Below are positions 13,098-23,816 of a stretch of DNA of 64,000 nucleotides, one piece after another. The translations under genes were made by a program, and so were the position numbers. The stretch is from positions 30,957,967 through 31,021,966 of the forward strand of contig CM120640.1 in the NCBI GenBank assembly GCA_051362555.1, given 5' to 3'. The DNA comes from Lingula anatina. Lineage: Eukaryota; Animalia; Brachiopoda. The stretch's first letter is position 1. Every line of letters begins with the position of its first letter. The notes under the pieces were generated by a model. It was not told where the DNA came from and did not search any database. It saw only the letters and a list, made by a program, of their open reading frames with translations.

Positions 13098-14088
13098 AGA
13101 CAGTCTCAGCGCGTTAAACCCTTAAAATAGCACGAAAATGAATTTTCCTGGAAATCTCACCAATTTCCCCATAATGACCAAGGTATATCCTATCCAAAAC
13201 CGTTGAGAAAATGAACCTTCCTAATACCGTTTTTAAGTTCCATTAAATAATAAAAGACGACTCGTCTTAAATACTCAGCTACCACCTCACAGTACGGCTT
13301 CAGAACGCGCAATTTCTCGCTAAGTCTCGCGGTTTACTATGAATGAAGTACTACAGCTGAGACCCGGATGTTACTATTTGGCGCCAAAACAGCAAACATG
13401 GCTCAGACGCGCGTCAAGTCTGAAGAGGAGAGCGACAAAAGGGGACGAAAGAAAATAGCCACTCCAGTTCGAAAGATACGAAAGAAAATTAGAGACAGAC
13501 GAAGAAGCACTCAGACTGTGTATGTTGGGAGGGAGGTGGGGCGGTGGAGGACACTTAAAGCTGAGTTAGGACTCACATACGAGGCAATGGCGAAACTACT
13601 CCTCGACACGTGAGTATGCGCTTCACAGGTCTCAAGTGTGTCTGATTATCATATTATCCTGTTCACAATAAATGACAATATTTGTGCTCATACAAAGTTG
13701 GTTACGTGTATAAGAGCGTTTTGGGCTTTACGTTGTCTATTTTTGATCGGTACATGTACCGAAAAGATGGACAGGCGGCACTTACATGTCTGACAAGTTT
13801 CGCTGTGTAGTCGTGACGTCTATCTCATTCTGACTGAAGCCTGCTGTGATTGGTCGTAAGCGTGGGAAAATCGAGGTCGTGACCTTGAGCCGGAAGTACT
13901 TCTGGCTGTGCTCCGAAATCATGATAAATAGTTTTCGTTTTCTAATTCTTTATTCTAGTTGTCTTAACAGGACTTTTGTGACCCAGACTTATTAATATAA
14001 TAATAAACAATCTCACAAAACACAAATCTGATCAAAGCTTTACATAGAACCTGCTTCTATACATTAATCTAACCCACTGAGACTGTCT
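13098..14088 (+). mobile_element. 991-bp nested TTAA-target element
   Basis: TIR AGACAGTCTCAG / CTGAGACTGTCT (12 bp perfect, 19 bp with 2 mismatches); TTAA at 13094-13097 and 14089-14092. Subterminal TTTTCCTGGA...TTT.CCCATA..ACCAA resembles the 5785-6081 MITE. Confidence 0.9.
13398..13609 (+). pseudogene. Orphan first coding exon of a transposon-borne protein (basic NLS-like tract plus VYVG..VGRWRTLKAELGL..EAMAKLLLD helical motif)
   Basis: AAACATGG start context, 70 open codons, GTGAGT donor at 13610. The motif recalls the R-V-x-I/L-G-x3-4-RW-x-x-L-x...A-x-F/L-LLD domain of TTAA-transposon proteins and the ZNF653/692 N-terminus (from memory, not searched). No downstream exon is evident within the element. 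Confidence 0.55.
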
Positions 14089-15244
14089 TTAATATTTTGA
14101 TGTAATTTCACATTTTTATAGATAAAATCATCAATAAGTCTCTAAAGAAAAATTCCTGACTCCCTTTTGTAGTACTTTGTTCAATTGTTATAACACCATT
14201 AAAAGCATATTTATAGCTGTCCAGGTGCCTGAGAAAATCAGGTGTTTAAAAATGGTGTTTTTGTCCCATGTCACATGATGAAGTTGGAGCTGTGTTTCAA
14301 GCATAATTAATAAGACGTTTTGAAGATACATTTAATGAATGTGATAGGAATAAAAAAAACTAAGACCTTTATTTTCAGAGAAAATCTCCAACCTACATTC
14401 CCCCTTAAAATAGTTAGAGAGTTAACCAAAACAAATATTTCAATATTGCAATGTATTATTTACTCTAAAAAAAAACAAAAAAAAAAAACAGCAAATGTGA
14501 TGATTTGAGTTTGTTTGTGTAGGAGGTTGCAAATGACCTATAACTGTTATCTGGAAAACAATATATACCCATACAAGACTTCTCCTTACTTCTCCTTAAT
14601 GCCAGATGCAGATTACTCCTTACAATGGGTTTCCGGAATGGGTTGCTGTTAGCACAATATTTGACAGTGTCCTAAATCTTGCCACACATCATGTATTGTA
14701 CACATGGATAACACTTAATGCAGCTCTTGGTGCTGTCTTTGACTGCCTGCTTTTTCATGGTAAGGGTACTCTGAAAAAAGAACAAGATAACTGAAAAAAC
14801 TGAAAATTACATTGAAAAGACTGGCAAATCCCACGACTTAAAATAGTTAAATGTTAACAATTTTGTCAAATCTAGTCCAATGTTTTTGAAAATTGTACAA
14901 ATAAAGCTTAACAACTTTTGTAATCTGAGATAAACTGATCAGTTGACTGTGTCTGATGAATAGTGTTTTTTTTTTAATGGGACAATATATTTGAAAAAAC
15001 TGAAAATTACACTGAAAACACTGGCAAATCCCATGACTTAAAATAGTTAAACATTAATTACATAATTATAATTTTGTCAAATCTAGTCCAAAATATGTTT
15101 CTGAAAATTGTACAAATTAAGCTTAACAACTTTTATAATATGAGATAAGCTATAATCAGTTGACTGTGTCTAATGAAAAGAATCTTCTTCGGACAATATA
15201 TTTGAGAAAATGAAAATTACACTGAAAACACAGGCAAATTCCAT

Positions 15245-17215
15245 GGCAACACTGGTACCTCTAGCTGCTCTCATCTTCTCCATGTACTGGCATTTGTCGC
15301 ACATCTTGATCTGCAAAATGCAATAAAATGCATATCTATTACAAGGAATGATGTAGTAGCTCATGCTGGCCACAGTGCACTAATTAATCTAGTTTGACAG
15401 CTTGTTAGAGAAGTTTGCACAAAACAACAAGTGAATAATACTATTCAACAAACCAATCAGAAACAAAATCTGTCACTTTATGTCAGTTATGGACAGATGA
15501 TAGATGGACAGTTTAATACTAAGTTAAATTTATACAAAACTGGTGATTAAAAAAATTGTTTATTTGCCTTAGTGTTTTTTCACCCAACACACCACTTTAT
15601 AGGTGTTACGATTTTCTTGTTACAAATTCATCTCATACTTGCCCTTTCTCTCTCTTTCCAAACAAAACAAAGGTATACAACAGTGTTTCCAAAAAACTAC
15701 AATACATGTACTTTCATACAGTAATGACTACAATTGCTGCATACCCATTTGTTGATGCATGTAACCATGCTTCTCCAATAGAAGAAGCTCTCAATTTGCC
15801 CCAGGGTCTTCTTCTGGCCAAATTGGCTTCCCATAGGGGAATTATGACATTCGCGAAATTTTTTCTTTTTCTCATCATTAAATACTACTAGCCTCCTTAC
15901 ACCACTCTTGATATAACACATCTCTGACCCTGAAAATATAGAAAAACAACTCAATTGTACTATTTTAAAACAAGATACATATGTAACAGACGGACTCTCT
16001 GGTTGTGTAAAATGACTTTATTGCTATAACTAAAATTTTCACCCTGTAATAAAGGTGACATATAATTAGATAAAATGACATACAACAAATAACTTATAAT
16101 TCTATAGTTTACCTCTATGATAAGGAAATAATAAATTTGATATAGATAACTACGGTTTATAAAGGCTATAACGGCTTACCCTGATCTTATTCAAGGGCGT
16201 TTAGAAAGAGTGCTGGATATACCAATACGGCTTGGTCTGAAAACTAAAGAGTAGAAAACGATGTAATACAGTATAGTATAGTGGAGTTGGATATGCAAAA
16301 GACAAGATAAAATATAACTAAAATTAACTAGATGACATCCAACTTACCATATAGAAACAGACAGAAGAACAGCAACTTCAGCACTATTTGAAAATATGGC
16401 GCCAATGCCTTTTATAATGAGAAGTCACATGACAAAGACGCGGGAAGACAGAACAAAGGGACATAGACAAAGAAACAGACAAAGGAACAATTAGAGGGCA
16501 TCAGAGTCACAGCAAGTCACAAGACAAGACGAGTGACGAGTGCATATTTACACATAGTTACACATATAATAGCAGATTTCTGGCCTATAAAAATACCAAC
16601 TAGAAAAGGTGCACATCTGTCAATACCAGTACTTTGTGGATAAACAGAAAACAGAACTATGGGATATATGAACAACCAAGCTGTTATGATAAACTTTAAT
16701 AGGTAATATTTGTTTCTGTTGCATGTTAAGAAATGAAAATTGTCTTCATTGGACACCAAATGCAGAGTGAAAATTAAACAAAAGGCACCAGTTACAAAAA
16801 GCAAAAGGCTCTCCATATTTAACTACCTACATTTTCTCTTTTCTAATTTCTTGTGCATGATTATATAACAACATATACTTTTTTCTATTTCTCACAGATT
16901 TTTCAAAATAATTTCATACCACAGGCTTAAATTGTTGAATGAATGTTAGGGAATTAGGTCATGTTTTTTACCATGTTTACCAAAATAACAGAACAGGTAC
17001 AGATTCCAAAAGAAAGTAACATTTGAATATTAAACCAAAATTCATACAAATGGAAAGAACATCATCCTCTTACCTTCACATACTACATGTAGTGTATAGT
17101 TCTTAGCCATTCTCCTAACTGATGCCTTGTGGTTGGCATTCCAACCAGCATCTCCTTTCCCTTCCTGCAGATACTGAAACACATCATCTAGGTTGACCAA
17201 ATGGCGCTCTGCCAT
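15245..17215 (-). pseudogene. Ginger/GIN-like transposase (Gypsy-type integrase), N-terminal half; exons 17215-17074, 15929-15745 and 15310-~15245
   Basis: GT-AG introns with matching phases (1, then 0) splice to MAERHLVNLDDVFQYLQEGKG...KASVRRMAKNYTL..EG/SEMCY...RRLVV...ECHNSPMGSQFGQKKTLGQIESFFYWRSM..CINKW/IKMCDKCQ. This is an integrase H2C2 zinc finger with the second His replaced by Gln. No RT or RNase H upstream. Ends in satellite after a frameshifted PVLPW. Confidence 0.8.
15982..16562 (-). mobile_element. Solo LTR (Gypsy-type), 581 bp, in the intron between the first two integrase coding exons
   Basis: TGTAAC...GTTACA termini; 4-bp TSD CATA (15978-15981, 16563-16566); AATAAA on the minus strand near 16016-16022. 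Confidence 0.75.
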
Positions 17216-17236
17216 GACTGAAAGTAGTATAAGTAT

Positions 17237-18945
17237 AGTGACAAGAAGTCTGTAAAACAGATCCTGGTACAATCCAACACTCCTGATGACAGTAGGTGAA
17301 ATAGTGACAAGAAGTCTGTAAAACAGATCCTGGTACAATCCAACACTCCTGAAGACAGTAGGAGAAGTAGTGACAAGAAGTCTGTAAACAGATCCTGGTA
17401 CAATCCAACACTCCTGAAGACAGTAGGTGAAGTAGTGACAAGAAGTCTGTAAACAGATCCTGGTACAATCCAACACTCCTGAAGACAGTAGGTGAAAGTG
17501 ACAAGAAGTCTGTAAAACAGATCCTGGTACAATCCAACACTCCTGATGACAGTAGGTGAAGTAGTGACAAGAAGTCTGTAAAACAGATCCTGGTACAATC
17601 CAACACTCCTGATGACAGTAGGAGAAGTAGTGACAAGAAGTCTGTAAAACAGATCCTGGTACAATCCAACACTCCTGAAGACAGTAGGTGAAGTAGTGAC
17701 AAGAAGTCTGTAAACAGATCCTGGTACAATCCAACACTCCTGAAGACAGTAGGTGAAGTAGTGACAAGAAGTCTGTAAACAGATCCTGGTACAATCCAAC
17801 ACTCCTGAAGACAGTAGGTGAAGTAGTGACAAGAAGTCTGTAAAACAGATCCTGGTACAATCCAACACTCCTGATGACAGTAGGTGAAGTAGTGACAAGA
17901 AGTCTGTAAAACAGATCCTGGTACAATCCAACACTCCTGAAGACAGTAGGTGAAGTAGTGACAAGAAGTCTGTAAAACAGATCCTGGTACAATCCAACAC
18001 TCCTGATGACAGTAGGTGAAATAGTGACAAGAAGTCTGTAAAACAGATCCTGGTACAATCCAACACTCCTGAAGACAGTAGGAGAAGTAGTGACAAGAAG
18101 TCTGTAAACAGATCCTGGTACAATCCAACACTCCTGAAGACAGTAGGTTAAGTAGTGACAAGAAGTCTGTAAACAGATCCTGGTACAATCCAACACTCCT
18201 GAAGACAGTAGGTGAAAGTGACAAGAAGTCTGTAAAACAGATCCTGGTACAATCCAACACTCCTGATGACAGTAGGTGAAGTAGTGACAAGAAGTCTGTA
18301 AAACAGATCCTGGTACAATCCAACACTCCTGATGACAGTAGGAGAAGTAGTGACAAGAAGTCTGTAAAACAGATCCTGGTACAATCCAACACTCCTGAAG
18401 ACAGTAGGTGAAGTAGTGACAAGAAGTCTGTAAACAGATCCTGGTACAATCCAACACTCCTGAAGACAGTAGGTGAAGTAGTGACAAGAAGTCTGTAAAC
18501 AGATCCTGGTACAATCCAACACTCCTGAAGACAGTAGGTGAAGTAGTGACAAGAAGTCTGTAAAACAGATCCTGGTACAATCCAACACTCCTGAAGACAG
18601 TAGGTGAAGTAGTGACAAGAAGTCTGTAAAACAGATCCTGGTACAATCCAACACTCCTGAAGACAGTAGGTGAAGTAGTGACAAGAAGTCTGTAAAACAG
18701 ATCCTGGTACAATCCAACACTCCTGAAGACAGTAGGTGAAGTAGTGACAAGAAGTCTGTAAACAGATCCTGGTACAATCCAACACTCCTGAAGACAGTAG
18801 GTGAAGTAGTGACAAGAAGTCTGTAAACAGATCCTGGTACAATCCAACACTCCTGAAGACAGTAGGTGAAGTAGTGACAAGAAGTCTGTAAACAGATCCT
18901 GGTACAATCCAACACTCCTGAAGACAGTAGGTGACAAAAGTCTCA
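17237..18945. repeat. Minisatellite, 65/66-bp unit, ~26 copies, with a 720-bp internal higher-order duplication
   Basis: Unit AGTGACAAGAAGTCTGTAAA(A)CAGATCCTGGTACAATCCAACACTCCTGA(A/T)GACAGTAGGTGAAGT starts at 17237, 17303, 17369 and 17434. The variant pattern from 17281 recurs at 18001. Confidence 0.95.
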
Positions 18946-18980
18946 AAATACACTCCTTACATACAGATTGAGAGCAAGTC

Positions 18981-19351
18981 CAGGCCTACTCAACTACCAG
19001 ACTCGGCACCTACGGATCCAGAATAAACCGCTATGATCAAACCTAATTGCTCCTCAAGGTCACAAAACTATAACCGGTACTGACGGCTAGGCTTGTCTTT
19101 ATCATATAAGTAGCGCGTTTCCACCCCCTGATTGAGGGAGTCGTCTGTCGTCATGTTGTTGTTTTCATACGACTCCTACTTGACGAAAACGAGGCACGAT
19201 ACCCGGATGACAGGTAGGCTTACAAAATTTGTGATGGGGTATGATACTCTGAAATGCGATCTGACACACACCTTGAAAACGGGTAGTGTGGTCTGATATA
19301 CTGGTTAATTCTGGAACCGTAGGTGCCGAGTCTGGTAGTTGGGTAGGCCTG
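18981..19351. mobile_element. 371-bp MITE with 49-bp TIRs and 5-bp TSD
   Basis: TIR CAGGCCTAC(T/C)CAACTACCAGACTCGGCACCTACGG(A/T)TCCAGAAT(A/T)AACC; AAGTC duplicated at 18976-18980 and 19352-19356. Confidence 0.9.
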
Positions 19352-19519
19352 AAGTCTTTCATCTGATAAAAATGATTGACAGTTACTGAGGACAGGGCAT
19401 AATTACAAGTAATTGAACTTAACCACTTGAACTGGACAATGCAAGAAGCCATACAGTCTTACTTATCATCACCATAAGGTATACTTCAAAATCACCTAGA
19501 AAATGTCATCTAGATTTTA

Positions 19520-19998
19520 TGAAATGAATTGAATTGAAGGAGCAATGTGGACCATATGTGGACCTTCATATATTGATATACTCCTGTAAATGACGATTTT
19601 CCCATACTTACCAATGGTTTATGAATCCGTTCCAACATTCAAAGTTAGCCCACAATTTTTTATAAAGTTTTGATTTATTTTTATAATCACTTATGTAATA
19701 ATATGACTCTCAAGCTAAAAGGTGGTATCCCTTTAAATATATTAAAAAAATAAAATAAACTTTTTAAGAAAAGCTACTGCACTAACTTTGAACAGATGTC
19801 AGAACAGATACATTTATAAATTCAATATATTGGAGAAGTAAAATTATATGCTGGGTTTAATAATTATGTCTTTATATTGGGCATTAATAGTTAACCTAAA
19901 ATTTTTTAATGTATTAACCAATGGTAATTATAGAAAACCGTCCTTTACCCCAGGAAAACTTCCTTTTAAGCCAAAATGAACAGTTCTTCTTCCTTTAA
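19520..19998. mobile_element. Two decayed relatives of the 5785-6081 TTAA MITE in opposite orientations
   Basis: ATTTTCCCATACTTACCAATGGTTTATGAATCC...CATTCAAAGTTAG (19536-19588) ending in ATCCCTTTAA (about 19736), and a reverse copy ending CAGGAAAA...GCCAAAATGAACAGTTCTTCTTCCTTTAA (19998). Confidence 0.55.
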
Positions 19999-20318
19999 GA
20001 AAACTTGAGAACACTTACCATTTACTCAGGTTATCCACAATAACATTGTCCAGTTGGAAGCCACCACCTTCCATATCAGTCATTTTAACAGACATAACTG
20101 CTAAAAATAAAGATAATTAAACTGATATATATTTCACTTTCATTTATAAGGGCATGCAAATCAATTACCAAAACTATGGAAATTATTGCATTCATAATTA
20201 AAATTTTTATTTTAAAAAGAGGTCTTTAAAAGTACTTTAAATATTAAATACCTTATAGTCATAAACATTACTGACTTGGCCATCCTGAGGTGTCAATAGC
20301 GACTTTACAGTTTCATTT

Positions 20319-22510
20319 GCTGTGGCATCTCATCAACTGAATTTTCTGTATTTGCTTCAAATCATTCTCTTGGTCTTAGTTTTCCCTAGATGTCCAACTT
20401 TGTGACCAAGTCGGATAATTTTCTCTGAAGTTTCTTCTTAGATTTTTTTTTCTCCTCAAGACAGCTATCGGCCTTCATCCTGATTACATATAAATATCTG
20501 AGATTACTTTTCTTTCAGGACAGCGATCCACCTTCATCCTGAGCACATACAAATTTTTTCAGATTACTTTTTTTTCAGGACAGCGATCTGCCGTCATCCT
20601 AAGAAAATATAAAATATCTCATATTACTTTTTCTTTCAGGACATTCATCCGCCTTCATCCTGAGTACATATAAATATCTCATATTACTTTTCTTTCAGGA
20701 CAGCGATCCGCCTTCGTCCTGAGTACATACAAATTATTTCAGATTACTTTTCTTTCAGGACAGTGATCCGCCTGCATCCTGAGTAAATATAATATATCTC
20801 ATATTACTTTTCTTTCAGGACAGCGATCCGCCTTCATCCTGATTACATATAAATATCTCATATTACTTTTCTTTCAGGACAGCGATCCGCCTTCATCCTG
20901 AGTAAATATAAAATATCTCATATCACTTTTTTCAGGACAGCGATCCGCCTTCATCCTGAGTAAATATAAAATATCTCATATCACTTTTTTCAGGATAGCG
21001 ATCCGCCTTCATCCTGAGTACATACAAATTTTCTGAGATTACTTTTCTTTCAGGACAGCGATCTGCCTTCATCCTAAGTAAATATAAAATATCTCATATC
21101 CTTTTTTTCAGGACAGCGATCCGCCTTCATCCTGATTACATACAAATTATTTCAGATTACTTTTCTTTCAGGACAGCGATCTGCCTTCATCCTGAGTAAA
21201 TATAAAATATCTCAGATTATTTTTTTTTCAAGACAGCGATCCACCTTCATCCTGATTGAACTGTCTCTTTAATAGATAATCTTTTAAGTAAGCTGGTTGT
21301 CTGATTGTTCTCTTTGGTCTGGTGTAAATTGGTTCTTCAATATGATCACCGTTTCACTTGCTGTGGCATCTCACCAACTGAATTTTCTGTATTTGCTTCA
21401 CATCATTCTCTTGGTCTTTCTTTTCCCTAGATGTCCAACTTTATGACCAAGTCGGATAACTTTTCTCTGAATTTCTTCTCAGATTATTTTTTTCTCCTCA
21501 AGACAGCAATCGGCCTTCATCCTGATTACATATAAATATCTGAGATTATTTTTCTTTCAGGACAGCGATCCGCCTTCGTCCTGAGTACATACAAATTATT
21601 TCAGATTACTTTTCTTTCAGGACAGTGATCCGCCTGCATCCTGAGTAAATATAAAATATCTCATATTACTTTTCTTTCAGGACAGCGATCCGCCTTCATC
21701 CTGATTACATATAAATATCTCAGATTACTTTTCTTTCAGGACAGCAATCCGCCTTCATCCTGAGTAAATATAACATATCTCATATCACTTTTTTCAGGAC
21801 AGCGATCCGCCTTCATCCTGATTACATATAAATATCTGAGATTATTTTTATTTCAGGACAGCAATCCGCCTTCATCCTGAGTACATACAAATTCACTCAG
21901 ATTATTTTTCTTTCAGGACAGCGATCCGCCTTCATCCTGAGTAAATATAAAATATCTCACATCACTTTTTTCAGGACAGTGATCCGCCTTCATCCTGATT
22001 ACATATCAATATCTGAGATAACATTTCTTTCAGGACAGCGATCCGCCTTCATCCTGAGTAAATATAAAATATCTCATATCACTTTTTTCAGGACAGCGAT
22101 CCGCCTTCATCCTGATTACATATAAATATCTGAGATTATTTTTCTTTCAGGACAGCGATCTGCCTTCATCCTGAGTACATACAAATTTTCTGAGATTACT
22201 TTTCTTTCAGGACAGCGATCCGCCTTCATCCTAAGTAAATATAAAATATCTCAGATTATTTTTTTTTTCAAGACAGCGATCCACCTTCATCCTGATTGAA
22301 CTGTCTCTTTAATAGATAATCTTTTAAGTAAGCTGGTTGTCTGATTGTTCTCTTGGGTCTGGTGTAAATTGGTTCTTCAATATGATCACCGTTTCACTTG
22401 CTGTGGCATCTCATCAACTGAATTTTCTGTATTTGCTTCACATCATTCTCTTGGTCTTTGTTTTACCTAGATGTCCAAGTTGGATAACTTTTCTCTGAAG
22501 TTTCTGAATC
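20319..22510. repeat. ~1040-bp tandem duplication (2 full units plus a third start), each unit containing a ~60-bp minisatellite and Gypsy integrase fragments
   Basis: GCTGTGGCATCTCA.CAACTGAATTTTCTG at 20319, 21360 and 22400. Minisatellite CAGGACAGCGATCCGCCTTCATCCTGAGTA... with about 13 copies each at 20455-21255 and 21495-22295. Confidence 0.9.
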
Positions 22511-23290
22511 CTGTCATTTCTGTAAATGAGTCCTTCAATAATACTAAATTCTTCTCTCATGTGCCAGTATGGTTCAATCTCCTCATCTTTTCTGTATAGA
22601 TTCCAATCTCTTGTTGAGATTCTCCCTCCAAGTTTGATTAGTGTTGGGTCAGTGAGGGTTTTTTCTGCTATCTCTTTGAGAATCACTGCATTTTCAGATT
22701 TTACCATCCATCTGATCATCCTCTCTGTACTATCACCACCCGTTTGTGGCTGTGGCTGTCTGGAGAGATAATCAAGAAGGTCTGCATCATTCTTTCCTGG
22801 CTCATATACCACATCATGGTCAACACCTTGGAAGTCCATCACCCATTTCTGTATTCTCGATGGTAATTTTGCTTGTACTTTGTTAAACCTGGGTGGATAC
22901 TTATGGTTTGTGTGCTGTGATAATATTGACCTTTGGAGCACCCTGTAGGTATATTCTCATCCTGTACTTTGCCCATCTTACGGCCAATGCATCTTTTTCC
23001 GTCTGTGAATATTTCTTCTCTGTATCTGTCAGTGCTCTGCTCTGCTTTGTCCATTTCTTGGAACAGTCCTGCTGACAACCCTTCGTTAAAACTGGCTTCT
23101 GTTCTCAGTATTATTAGTTTGCCTGGTTCAAAGAAGGCCATTGTTTTGCTGCTGGTGATAGTTTCTTTTAATGCATTTCTCGAAGGCTTTTTCTTCCTCA
23201 TCTCACCAACGGAATTTCACATCTTGCTTGGTCAGTTCTAATAGTGGAGCAGTCAGTGAGGCATAATCCTCTATAAAGTTGTCTAGGCAT
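22290..23290 (-). pseudogene. Degenerate Ty3/Gypsy pol fragment: RT thumb, RNase H and start of integrase, fused to the pol C-terminus
   Basis: LDNFIEDYASLTAPLLELTKQDVKFRW; MAFFEPGKLIILRTEASFNEGLSAGLFQ; LPSRIQKWVMDFQGVDHDVVYEPGKNDADLLDYLSR; PYWHMREEFSIIEGLIYRNDRI; GHLGKTKTK; then RPKRTIRQPAYLKDY (about 22310-22365). Frameshifts and stops present. Confidence 0.88.
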
Positions 23291-23816
23291 GGATGTCTTG
23301 GATCACCTATATACACGTCCTGAAAAAAAATGGGTTCATTTGAGATGTATGTTGAATAACCAATTAATAAATAACATTCATTATTATCAATTTAGCTTGG
23401 CATCCTAAGTGAATTTTTGAAGGACATTCATTGTAATTTTACATCTTCAGCAGTCCAGCATGTCTCAACATGAGAAGCAACACTATATTTGAGAATGGTG
23501 AAGCCCTATTCACAGTATACTTGGCTACGTAATGTACGAGTTCCTAACATGCAAAGCAATACTGCACTGCAGTTGGAGGACTATGGTTTAATAGAGAGTT
23601 ATAAAGATTCGAAGGACGAAGCGAACACTGCAAAAATCCCCACAAGTAACTTATATACTAGTAGTAGCTCTAAGACAAGTACATCATAGAAACCCTATTG
23701 CTACTTATTAACTCTGCTAGTGCTTTTAAAGGTTTACCTCAGATGTTTCCAGGAATCCAGATCTACTGTATAACACCTATAACACTGGGATCAGCGGATC
23801 CCTTTGTCTACCCCTT

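Larger units (their letters stand above)
11376..14404. mobile_element. ~3.0-kb TTAA-target non-autonomous DNA transposon (Kolobok/CryptonV-like) containing a nested element
   Basis: TTAA-GAGGGAAATGTA ... TACATTCCCCC-TTAA (imperfect TIR). Flanks rejoin to the satellite consensus AATTCCATG.C-TTAA-AATAGTTA, showing a duplicated TTAA. Confidence 0.8.
4543..15245. repeat. Older, diverged field of the 193-bp satellite (A unit) and ~430-bp B unit, interrupted by many insertions
   Basis: A monomers (TTAAAATAGTTAAACGTTAATAATTTTG...GAAATTTGTACAAATGATGCTTAA...TAAGCTGATCAGTT) at about 5360-5780, 6085-6180, 7190-7705, 10370-11370 and 14790-15245. B units at about 4600-5020, 6220-6500, 10570-10930 and 14420-14790. 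Fragments also at 145-220 and 2685-3010. Confidence 0.85.

Noticed and set aside
17042-18953. 634-, 589-, 311- and 255-aa ORFs as real proteins
   Set aside because: They are overlapping translations of a 65/66-bp minisatellite that changes frame between units. Only 17074-17215 is credible coding sequence.
20019-20102. Isolated AG/GT-bounded minus-strand exon (VMSVKMTDMEGGGFQLDNVIVDNLSK)
   Set aside because: Splice signals are plausible, but there is no recognisable homology or linked coding exon; it could be an upstream UTR exon.
17237-22300. CRISPR-like arrays (65-bp and 60-bp periodic repeats)
   Set aside because: Units repeat along their whole length with no unique spacers, there are no cas genes, and the context is eukaryotic.
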